41,686 nt of DNA. Source: Cirrosporium novae-zelandiae. Its lineage: Eukaryota. The position numbers were made by a program, and so were the translations under genes. The notes beneath the pieces were generated by a model that had not been told where the DNA came from, searched no databases, and saw only the letters and a list, made by a program, of their open reading frames with translations. Within the stretch, counting starts at the first letter, position 1, and each line of letters starts with the position of its first letter. Positions 1 to 12,211 of this stretch are shown piece by piece. The stretch is from contig JAPETS010000020.1 in assembly GCA_026023565.1 (NCBI GenBank), positions 558,001-599,686 on the forward strand, given 5' to 3'.

Positions 1-1
1 A

Positions 2-974
<973 letters not shown>

Positions 975-2357
975 ATGAGAATCAGCTTGGTTCAAAAGAT
1001 TGCTTTTTCTTTTGTGTTCCTATGTAATCTGTCTCTGAAGATACCCGAATGGCTTTTTCTACTGGACATCTGGCGTGTTAGGCGCGTTGGCGATGCAAAT
1101 ACCATTATCTGGGTGTTTAGCATCGTGAACATGGATGATGGGTTTTACGGGTGCTCACTAAAAGCTTGATTGAGTGCTTATAGTTAGCAAGTATAGGATT
1201 GGCCCGAAGTGGTGGTGTTTGGACTGGGGGCATCTTTTGATAACTGCATTTCCTGAGAGTCTTTCATGACGTTCATGATTCATGATGGAAAGAATATCGA
1301 TCCATTTTTTATTTTATTGTATCCCCCCGTGCCATTTCCCGTATTATGGAATATTTGTTTCACGGAATTAATCGGGGGAGCTTTGCTTTGTGATTTTTGT
1401 TCTCTTACAGAAAATACAGCGCAGGCTTAGGCAATATATTATCAATAGAGGAAATAGGGCAACCATTTAATACAGAACATATGTGTCCAAGATTAACAAG
1501 GTTGTTGTTGATATACTGTGCTCATAGGGGAAGAAGTTGAAATGAATACGCTTGATTTAGCCTTTGAGTCTCTTTAATATCTAGTGCGTTAACCTGCGTA
1601 GGTAACGGTGCCTTGATCTACACACCACCTAAGTTGGGTTAATAAACAGTGTGTTAATCAAGCTCTGATAACGAGATTATTGTTCCTCTTGCCTCTAGAC
1701 AACAACGACAGCAAGGTCGATACTATATTTATTCATTTTCAGTTTCCTTTTGAAGCAAAAAGCAAAGCAAAGTAAAACAAAAGCAAGAAAATAAATGATT
1801 AACCAATTAATATTCAACAAACGAACAAAGAACTTTCTTCATCTCAAACCCCCCCCCCTCCCCGCCCCCTCTTTCTACCTCTGAGAAAGAAAAAAGACCA
1901 ATTACCTAATCCAGTAATTTTCTTTCCCTATTTCCCATCTATCTATCTCTCTTTTGTTTATCTTACCCAACTCATCCTCTAGGCCTTCTTCTTTCTCCAC
2001 CCCACCTCCTTCCTCTTTCCATTCCCATTTGTGGTAGGTGAAAAGCGGGTTTTGAAATAAAGTGGGGGGGGAAGTGGAGTACATAATATAGTTGCATGTA
2101 GTTAAGAGGGAAGTGGAAGGGAAGTGGGAAGTGGGAAGGGATCGGGGGATCGGATCCGGGTTGTGGGTACCTCCTTCTTACTTATATAGTGCGGTTTATG
2201 ATGGATTGGATGGATGGATGGATGGATTGGTTTAGATTTAGGGTGGGTTGGGTTTTAGTGGTTTGGTTATTTTTTTTTTTAATTAGCTAATTAATTAGTT
2301 GACGAACTAGCTAGCTGGGTTGCTCGGTTACAGGTTTGGTGTTGGAGGGATAAATAG

Positions 2358-2377
2358 GTGTGTGTGTGTGTGTGTGT
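2358..2377. repeat. (TG)n microsatellite
   Basis: Direct read of about 10 TG units; a (GATG)n run lies just upstream at ~2208-2227. Confidence 0.9.
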
Positions 2378-2836
2378 CTGATGTGTATATATATTTGTGC
2401 GTGTATGTGTTAGTGGAGGGAGTAAAGAAGAAAAAAGAGAATATATAACGATATTTACAATAAGTCAATAAATGAATGTGTTTGTTTGATGATGATTAAC
2501 TTGTACCGTAACGGCCTGTCATGGAGATAGGATAGGGCAGACGATTAATTAGTTTAATCCCCCATTAATTACCAACTTAACCAGTCCATGGGATTTTGAG
2601 GATCTCTGAAAGATTTGCAGAGATTGATTGGATCTACCTAACCATTTTACTTGATAATTAATTAATTAATACATTCGATCACATGGTTTACTTAACTTCA
2701 ACTGAGTGGAAAGAAGGAAAGATAGTTAAATATGTGTACTTGTACATGCACACTGTATACAACATTGCATATTACCATTATTTTATTGCCTATCTATCTA
2801 TTTATATCCATCTAATTATTGCATAATTAACCCACC

Positions 2837-2856
2837 TGCATGCATGCATGCATGCA
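2837..2856. repeat. (TGCA)5 self-complementary microsatellite
   Basis: tgcatgcatgcatgcatgca read directly. Confidence 0.9.
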
Positions 2857-3117
2857 TTGAATTACATATGTACTTGTATATCTATATTAGACAGTAGGTA
2901 AAAAAGCCATCTGGGTATCTAGGTAAGTAGGTACATGTAATTAATTGTTTTCGATGGGGAGAAAAGAAAAGAAAAAGAGAAAGAAGAAATCATAAAAAGG
3001 TAGGGATGGATTATTGATTAATTATTGATTTATTCATTATTTATGTGTGGTTTTTTGTGTGGTTCTTTGGTTAATTATGCAAGATACCAGATACGAAGAT
3101 ACGGATATTTTATTTCT

Positions 3118-3159
3118 ATGCGATGCGATGTGATGCGATGCGATGCGATGCGATGCGAT
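3118..3159. repeat. (ATGCG)n pentanucleotide repeat
   Basis: About 8 units with one variant (atgtg); it produces the spurious MRCDA ORFs. Confidence 0.9.
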
Positions 3160-5369
3160 ACGATGTGGATGCGAGGGATAAAGTTTCTTTTAATTATGCG
3201 ATGCGGCTTGACGTAAAGTTGTCTAACGGTAGGTACATGTACTTATGTACATTTTTATGTTTTATGTTTTTAACAAATTGGTTAATTATTCCGTATGTGG
3301 TTAAAAATGGATAGTTAGCGTCGGTTGGTCGGTTCGGGGAAATATTGGGGGTTTTATTCCGATGAGTTAATGAGTGGCTGTTTTTGCCTACCCGAGGGAT
3401 ATAGGTATCTTTACGAGTAGGTATATAATTCTTCTTTCCTTCCCTTTGTAAGGAAGGTTATCTTATTCCCGTTACCTATTATTTCATGTCGCAATACTCT
3501 AGACTGCATACACACACATATACATATATCCAACTCTTTGAATTTTTTTGCAAGATTTTCATCCATTAATCGCCATACCTGGAATCAAATCCATATCCGA
3601 TCAGCTCTTTGCCATCATGAACTTATTTACCTACTCCATCTCCCCCCCCCTGGCCCTACTTTCAATTTCTTTCCTTTCCTCTTTCATTTTATTATCTTTT
3701 TATATTTTTTCTAACACGTTTTTGTTATTCCCCCTCAAAAAAACTAAGAAGGAGCGGGAGGCTCATCGCTTAGAAAGAAAGACAATAATAGTTGAGGTGT
3801 GTTTGTTTGTTGGCAAGAGACATCTATGTATTATTTATCTATCTAGGACTGTGGATGTGGTGAGATCCTATCCAGTCAAAGTCCCTTGGGAGCTAGCTGG
3901 TGGGGATGGGGATACAATCGTTTCTGGAGAGGTATTCTGCCGTAGCTACCTATGGTTGGTGGTGGTGATGGTGGAAATTGTGGGTGAAGTGTTTATGAAA
4001 TTTTGTTGTGTTTGATCGTAAGGTTGATGTCTAATAAACAGGTGGATGGATGAATGGATGGATGGCTTAGGTTCCAGTCGCCTGGCCTGACATACCACAT
4101 ATACATCCATAATGGAAAAATCAGCTGATCCTAAAAATGATTAGTTGTGGCCGTGACCTTATTATCTACCGACCGCTATTCTATTCACGATTTTTCTTTT
4201 TTGTTCTAGATATCTACTCAAGCGAAACCCCAACTTCTTCTCGTACACCTTGGTCGCCCTGCCTAGGGACTGGATCATCGAGTTGCTTCCCTGCACTCCG
4301 TTTGGACAGATACAGCGGCGTCATTCTCTTCATCCTCGCTCAAGAATAGCATTATCTTTTCTCTCCGAGGGTAGTTTATAACTAGTCCCATCTATGAAAC
4401 CAATCGTCCAGTTAAACACCAGCATGCTGTTATTGAGAGTCTACTTGCTATAATAGGTCCTGGGTATAGGTCAACTCGGCTCCAATGACGCGGCTATAAG
4501 ATAGACAACCAGGAATCAAGATCGTAACCGCCAACGAACTCTTCGACGAACATCTGGTACACCCTCGGACTTCAATCGTCATTCAAGCAATGCCAGTGCC
4601 ATAGAACAACCCATCTAAGATACTCTCATACATGTACACGCTCGAATCTCGATTCTCGTACCCGCAAACACCCCTTCACCACACCAATGAATGGGATTCT
4701 CAATATCATCTAAAATAATAATCCCCTCAAGGATTTGCTCAGGTTCATGGAATGGTCTTGATTTTATTGTCCCATGATGAGGTAGGTGGTGACCTTGGCT
4801 GTCTTTGTTATGGTGGACATTGGTTCTGGCTCTGGATGTGGGGTGGGGGAGAGATCAAGTGGGTCGCAATCCTCGGAGTGATGGTTGGTGTCGTAGATGC
4901 GGAGATAGATGGGTTTTGGAGCGAATGCGGTAGTAGTTAGAGTCAGCATCGTTGATGAACTTTTACATCGGAGCGGAGAGGCCTCGAGGGTGGAAGAGAG
5001 GAAGATGGGTATGCTCGAGCCGAATCGATAATGAAAGAATATTGGAATTCACCAATACCTCCAGACACATTTCATTGACCGCTCTCATAGTTGTGGATAT
5101 CGATATCTTAACCATACCCTCTAATTGCCATAAACCCATGCCCCTAAGAAGAACGACCCGATGTCTTGCTACACCTTTACAGAGTAAATTAACCAAGCCA
5201 TCATACCCCCAGACCGAACATAACCAGCAAAAGTAAAAGCAAAAGGCACATACAAACAGTAAGACTAAATAAAGCTACCTGCTGCCACTTGCTTAGCCTC
5301 AAATAGATATTCTAGATATTCTGATAGTTTGCTCCTATAGCTTATCAAATATCATCATCATCACCAAAA

Positions 5370-5405
5370 CCTATCCTATCCTATCCTATCCTATCCTATC
5401 CTATC
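5370..5405. repeat. (CCTAT)7 pentanucleotide repeat
   Basis: Direct read of cctatcctatcctat... Confidence 0.9.
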
Positions 5406-6072
5406 ACCCCCCTCCCTCCATCAAGAAAATCCATCTATCCGAGTACAAGATTATCCACCTCCTGAATAGTAACAACTAAAAACCAAGAACCAAGTTTGCC
5501 GTCTCCTATACTAACTATCCCATCCAAAGCGAGACAACAAAAAAAACGAACCCACCCACCCCATTCACTCCATTCGTTCGGACTTTTGTCCTTGCGCAGT
5601 CGAGGGAGAGGGAGAGAAGTTAAGAGTTTGTTTTGTTTTCAGTAGGGTTTGGTTAAGTGGGTTGGTTAGGATTTCCCCCCATCGTTATTGTAGCCTTGAT
5701 CATATTATAACTACGCTATCTATATCTATATATCTATAAGCCTGTATATTTGTATTTTGTATTTTGATAGATAGACAGATTTAGATAAAAGATTCTAGAT
5801 TCTAGATCATCGATTTATCCATCTGCTATCGTGTAAGGGGTGTAAGTGGAATTTTACGAGAAAAGTAATTGATTAGTCTCTGGCATAGACCGTCCCGGAA
5901 TTGTCATTCATTATCTAACCTCTCGGTGTAGAAAATAACATAACCCCCCCTTCTTGCAAACTAAAAAAAATCCAAGAATTTACAGCTTTTACACTACTAC
6001 TACTAATGAACCAACAACAATCATCATTCATTAAACTAAAACAGCTTTTTTTTGTACATGTACACATACCCA

Positions 6073-8746
6073 TCACGACGCCGGTGGACTTGGCTCATCA
6101 TTATAGTAAGCCGCCGCGGAACCATCTAGCGGAAATAAAACAAAAGCATCTGAGCAGCCAGATGAAGATACGGGACACCGGGGTAGGGAATGCGATGACA
6201 ACGGTCCTCCTCCCCCTCCTCCCCCCCCACCACTGGGCTGTGGTCGCGGAGATGGCTGAGATTCTGGGCTTGGGATAGGTGAGGGAAGATCGCCGCTGTC
6301 TGGTGGGGATAGAGAATGCCCACCGTGTTGTTGTTGGGGAGGATGTGGCGGAGAACCTCCTTCGGTTGAAAAAAGAGGCAATGGGGACGCTGACATTATG
6401 GAAAAGTTTCTGGATACGGATGTGATTTGAGATGCTCTCGAGGGGGTTAGTTGGTGGATGCTGGTTCTGCTGGCATTGTAGGTTGTTGGGAGTTCGAGTG
6501 GGAGGGACAAGGCTAGAAGAGAAGAAAATGTGTTAGGATGACATGTTTAGTTAATTAATTAATCAGTCGGGGAGGAGGAGGAGGGGGGGGGGCTCAATGA
6601 GCATGTAAAGAAAATAAATACCTTGCATCTCGTGTATCTGTCTACCTCCCGATTCAAGGACCTCCTGCTCCTCTCCACCCTCCGTAGAAGCCAAGGTTGC
6701 GTCCTCCTTTGGAAGTGGTGAGGTTCCAGATATCCAGGTCAGGATACGATTTCTTGGCCCCTCTGGAGCATGCGTGCTGGTGTCACTCTGCCTGTGCCTC
6801 AGTCGTCGGCGCCAGAGGAGAACAAGTATAATCAGGGTTGTGACAAAAATAATACCCAGAACTGCCCCGATGACTGGTGCAACCCATTTGGGTAACCCGT
6901 TGGTGTTGTAGACTATAGATATTGTGGGGGAGGCCGAACTTGACGATGTGGCAGTATACGGGTACCATGTTGTCATAGTCTTGGTATATTTTGTTTCAAA
7001 CAAGGCAGATAGAGAGCTATCGTCCCAGGAGGTCAAAGGCGCTTTTGTTGTAGCACTCCCATTCGCACTGCAGTAAAGATGTTCTTTTAGCCAAAAAGTC
7101 GAACAATAATCTCGAATGCCAACGGACTCACTTTCCGCCTATGATATTAGTTACTACGTCAGGGACTTCATAATTATCCCAAATCGTAGGATCGTATGTA
7201 TCCTGGAATTCGAGCGAATTGAGATTGAAGACTTGAAGAATACCTTCAACACATGTTGTTGGGTCCATGTATTGGCCTCCGACAACAAACATTTGATTGG
7301 GATACACCAATGCGCATTTATGGCCACGCCTGCCATGGGTGCCGTTTCCAGAGTATGCTTTAACCCAATGAAACGATGGGATCGAAAGAATATACACGTC
7401 GTCAGATGGAATATCTTCGGTGTTATAGCCATTGTATCCTCCGTAAATATATATGTTAAATGATGAATTATCGTTAGCCGTGGCCACGACAGAACAAAAT
7501 TGAGTCAGTTGATCAGGCGCAGTCCCAGATGTACTTTGAAAATACCATTTTTGGCTAGCAATGTCATATACGGGCAAATTTAACATAAAGCCAGGACTTG
7601 TATTTCTCTAGCAATGTATTAGATCAGCAAATGCCATCTAATTGATAATAAAGAAAAACTCACACTTTGCGATATCTGTGAATCATTCAAACCACCAGGA
7701 TAAATGGCTTCTGGATTAATAACCCCCCCAATTACGATCAATATTCCGGACTCAGAAATAGGGATCCACACAATCTCAGCATTAGCTCGTCCAGGAACAT
7801 AACTAGGTAATGTGCTATTCGACCAAGTTGCATCTCGCATAACTGTCATATTGATTGAGATCAAACTGTTAGCTACGATATCAGCGGAAACATCATCAGA
7901 CTCAATTATTCCCCAATTTTCACCACGCATTCCACTGAAATAATATCCCATGTTTTCATTGGGAATTGATACACCAGCACCATTTGTAATGTATCGTGTT
8001 AAATTACCGGTGGGAAGTGTTTCTGAGATAAAACCTTGTGCCCAAGAAGCTCGATATGGGCCGTATTGATATCGTTCGTATCCCAAGACACTATATGCAT
8101 CTGGAGGTTCGATGCTATCTGTAAGACGAAAGAGACCGCTGATCATGATTAACAGATCGAATAAACAAGAGCAAGCTGGCAAATTACCCATAGAGACAAA
8201 ATTCATAGTCGTTTGCGAACATCGTACCGTCTATGTACGTGGGAGCGATGTTGTTGGCAGCGCCCCCAGCTTTCGTCATAGACTGGCTGCCAAGGTTCAC
8301 AGTCTTTGTATTGAATGATTTGGAGAAGCTGAAATAATAGAGGAGCCCGGCAGTATTCCCTAAAGCTGCGTGTTCATCATCTTGTCCTGGGCAGCACAAC
8401 TAAGGCTTACCATCATTTTCAGGAATTGACAAAGTCCCATTAGCATACCCGCTAGGAAGGATGCGTCAAGATGTTGGAATGGAGATGATATCTTAATTGG
8501 GAACTAGACGTACGTCTGCCACCAAAGGGAACCGCCATCGAGATAGATGGTATCGCGTATCACACCAGCTAACTAGTAGATGAGATACAATATCACAACG
8601 ATAGTTTGGCACAGTGTCTCACCTCGCAGCTGAGACCAGCTGCACATGGTAGTATTGACATTTTCACTGGACCAGGCAATGGCTGTACCCCCTAGGTCTA
8701 GAAATACTGGTAGGATCACTAGGAGAAGTGTTGATAAGGTTTCCAT
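6073..8746 (-). CDS. Single-pass membrane protein with extracellular Kelch/galactose-oxidase-like beta-propeller (8 exons)
   Basis: Signal peptide METLSTLLLVILPVFLDLGGTAIA. Spliced path ...QLR|AGVIRDTIYLDGGSLWWQT|GYANGTLSIPEND|GNTAGLLY..FCLYG|GLFR..ILIVIGG..|RNTSPGFMLNLPVYDIASQKWY..IYIYGGY..VYILSIPSFHW..MFVVGG..|..TM VAPVIGAVLGIIFVTTLIILVLLW-RRR..HEMQ|ALSLPLELPT..stop. All seven GT-AG junctions keep frame; repeated GG-containing Kelch strands. Confidence 0.88.
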
Positions 8747-9100
8747 AGTGGGTGGAAGTAAAGTGATGGCTAAAAATGTCATCAAGTAAGGATTAGTTTT
8801 CATTGAACAGTTAGGACTCAGGAATGCTCAAACCTAAGGATATATAATAGAGATGATTGAAATGATTAGGGTTCTGAGGCTGAATTTCCAAAGAAGCTGA
8901 AAAGAGTAATCACATGTACATCAAATCATATAACGTTTGGGGTGCGGGGTTATAACAGGAATTCAAAATAAAGAATTAGAAGCTGAACTGCCCAGGGGAG
9001 GCGCAACTTTCACTTTACTGTTCTTGTATAAAACCTTACAATATGGAAAGCTATGTCCGAATATCCTCTGGGTAGCTTAGGCACTTAATAGGACCACACT

Positions 9101-9176
9101 CGTCCTCTTACCACAGTGGCGTCTTCCTACCACAATGGCGTTTTCTTACTACATTGGCATCTTCTTATCATATTGA
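9101..9176. repeat. Degenerate 19-bp tandem repeat (4 copies) in the divergent promoter
   Basis: cgtcctcttaccacagtgg / cgtcttcctaccacaatgg / cgttttcttactacattgg / catcttcttatcatattga. Confidence 0.8.
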
Positions 9177-9445
9177 TGTTTGTTCTCTTAGAACAACTGC
9201 GTCGTCAGTCTAGAACTGTTGATTTATTCTTGATACTTACTGGCAGCTCCTTGCTACTGAATGCGAATGCTTGGTCCATGTGATGATTCACGTCTTTGCT
9301 TTAAGAATGTTTTGTCGTTCAAACAAAGTAGATTGATCTTTCGAGGGATCAATTCTAGTAATTTTCAAGCAACATTAGACTATATGCCCGAGGACTCACG
9401 ACAGGGGCTAACAGCATAGGGGTCGTTATATTCATCTTCAGCAAC

Positions 9446-12211
9446 ATGAAGCTTCATGGTGGTCCCGTCGCAGCGGTGACGACAGTTTTATCTCTTCTTC
9501 CTCGCTCAGCAGCACAGTCATCTGCTTCGACAGTGGTCTCGGTAGCACCTACACCTGCCACGTCCACTGCACCTTCGACGCCGACCTCGGTGGCACCGAC
9601 ATCTGTCACATCCATTATATCTTCGGTATTGACTTCAGTGGCTTCCACACCTGTCACATCTATTGCATCTTCAACGCTGACCTCGGTGACTCCTACGCCT
9701 GCCACGTCTATTATATCTTTAGCATCGAGTTCAGTACTTTCGACAGTTGTGACAGATATAACGTCTATTTCATCGACGTCAATCTCTGTGTCTTTAACGG
9801 TGACCTCGGCGGCTTCTACGTCTGCCACGCCCGTTATCCCTTCAACGTCTAGCTCCGTACTTTCGACAACCGTAACAGATATAACGTCTATTTCATCTTC
9901 AACGTCGGGCTCGGTACTTTCGACTACATCTGTTTTGACTTCAATATCCAGCTCAGCTCTTTCAACAACCGTGACAGATGTTACATCTACTCCGTCTTCA
10001 ACATCGGTCTCGGCATCACCTTCACCTGTCACGTCTATATCATCTTCAATATCGGTTTCGGTGTCGCCTTCAATCTCTAGTTCAACTTCTAGCTTTATAT
10101 CAATTTCAAGCTCCGTGTCGGCTTCGACTTCCAGTTCGTTGGTTTCGTCCGTCACGTCTCTTTCGTCGATAAGCTCGGCAACTTCATCTGCCACGTCTAT
10201 ATTGCCTTCAACTTCTAGTTTGTTGGTTTCGTCGTCTATCACTCTTCTTTCGTCGACAAGCTCGATCGTTTCGTTTTCAACGTCGACTTCAATATCACCC
10301 TCGACTTCTAGTTCATTAACTTCGTCCGTCACGTCTCTTTCACCGATAAATTCGGTCACTTTATCTACCACGTCTATATCGGCTTCAACATCGATTTCCG
10401 TGTCATCTCCAATATCAAATTCATTGGTTTCGTCTGTCACTCCTCTTTCGTCGACAAGCTCGGTTACTTCACTTGTCACGTCTATATCGGTTTCAACGTC
10501 CACCTCAGCGTCGCCCCCAACTTCCAGTTTATCAGTTTCGTCTGTCACGCCTACTTCATCGGTATCTAGCTTGGTTGCTTCATCTGCCACGTCTATATCG
10601 TCTTCAACATCTAATTCGTTGGTTTCGTCTGTCACGCTCGTTTCGTCAGGAGTCACATCAGTCGCTTCACCGTCGACGTCGGGATCCGTGGCTCCGTCTA
10701 CCGTGTCGTCTCTGTTTACTACTTCAAGCTCCGTGCCTCCACCATCATCAAGTATTCCCTCGACAACCTCGGTTCAGGGATCCACAACCGCCACTTCTGG
10801 TAAGCCCCCATCTTTGACCCTTTTTGGTTTTGGGGGGCCTAGAGAAACCATTTAATTATTAGTAGCTCGCATAGAACATTGATCTTAAACAGAATGCTAA
10901 TAATAGCATATAGTCTCTCAAATATTAATCACTGGTCCATCATCGACCACGACACTTGAAGTAGTTTCGGTTGGATCTCTGAAGGTAACAGTCACTAGTT
11001 CGTCACTTACGATTTTCTCAAGTCGAACTACCAATCCCACATACACACCAACAGCACTACCTCCTCTTGATTATACCTGGGGATGTCCTCCAGGTACTCT
11101 TTGCGCTCCAGAGCAAAATGGCCATAATTTTGAAAGTGGGCCTCCAGCAAGCACATATTACTGTAGCCCAGAGGAATGTATTGCGACACCGCCTCTCCTG
11201 CCGAACCAATATTGGGGTGATCCAGTTACAACCAATACGACTGGAATATTTGTCGTTTCACCGTATTATTTCAATCTAGATCCTACCGACTTTGATGGCC
11301 TTGATTATAGCATTTTCAGGGAACTTGTCGGCGCGCTTCCATCGTCTACCCCTTCAGCGACACCAAGGCTCCTAGAGATTAAGGATAGGGATCTATTCCG
11401 TCGAGATAGCGGCGAAATTCCGGGATCTTGCTATCCTATATGTAATGATTGCCAATTGGAAGCTCAATCTACTGGAAAGACGGCAAAGCTCTGCGAATCT
11501 GGCTCTGCGTTTAATATAGACTTATCGCAGTGCCAGGCATGTATTCAATATCATGAAGATAATCTCGTTGTCTATCACAATGTCCTCGAGCCGCAATTCG
11601 GAATATACTTGGACTACTGCAGTGTTCATGATGTAGCGTCGCAAGTTACGTCGATCATTACAAGTACCTTGGCAAATGGCTCGCCAACGGTGGTTAGTAC
11701 TGTTATACCGGTCAGCGCTCCTGGACGCCCCGCAAGCGTTACCTCGATCATTACAAGCACTTTGGCCAATGGTTCCCCAACTATCATTACCTCGGTGATT
11801 GCTGCTAGCACCACATCAGTCTTCACAAGCACCTTGGCCAACGGTTCCCCAACTGTCGTTAATACCGTCATGCCTGCTAGTGCCACATCGGTCTTCACAA
11901 GTACTTTGTCAAACGGCTCCCTAACAGTGATTAGTACCATGGTTCCAGTTGTTCCAAGCTCAAAGGCAAGCTCGACTACGAAGGCTTACACCTTCACCTT
12001 GCCAAATGGTCGGACGACTGTGCTCACTGCAGAGGTCCCAGCTAGCACTAGCTCTACCATGAGCCAGGCCACCGTCACTGCAAACAATACAGTCACAATC
12101 ACATCATCAACGCCAACCGCGGTGCCCGCATCAACCGGGTGTGCACTCAGCCCCAGAGCCCTTGGGCTAATTTGTACATGTACCATGATTTTTATGGTGC
12201 TGTTCACTTGA
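9446..12211 (+). CDS. Secreted Ser/Thr-rich mucin-like glycoprotein with internal Cys-rich domains and probable GPI signal (exons 9446-10799, 10914-12211; ~883 aa)
   Basis: Signal peptide MKLHGGPVAAVTTVLSLLPRSAA then ~430 aa of S/T/V. The GTAAGC..GCTAAT..TAG intron joins in frame to ORF 11456-12211 via an open segment containing YTWGCPPGTLC..YYCSPEEC..FNLDP..LFRRD..CYPICNDCQLEAQSTGKTAKLC..CQACI. Then five TS(I/V)(I/F)TSTL(A/S)NG-like repeats and a hydrophobic C-terminus (ALGLICTCTMIFMVLFT). Confidence 0.88.

Noticed and set aside
2485..2610. C/D snoRNA-like boxes (ATGATGA..CTGA)
   Set aside because: No terminal stem or recognisable rRNA guide; such short motifs are expected by chance in this AT-rich repeat context.
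3025..4015. Short ORFs including MRCDA repeats and a 155-aa hydrophobic ORF
   Set aside because: They arise from microsatellite and T-rich low-complexity DNA, mostly with non-ATG starts, and carry no recognisable motif.
9454..10656. 400-aa acidic antisense ORF (D/E/V/T-rich)
   Set aside because: Shadow of the Ser/Thr/Val codons of the mucin on the opposite strand; no independent protein features.
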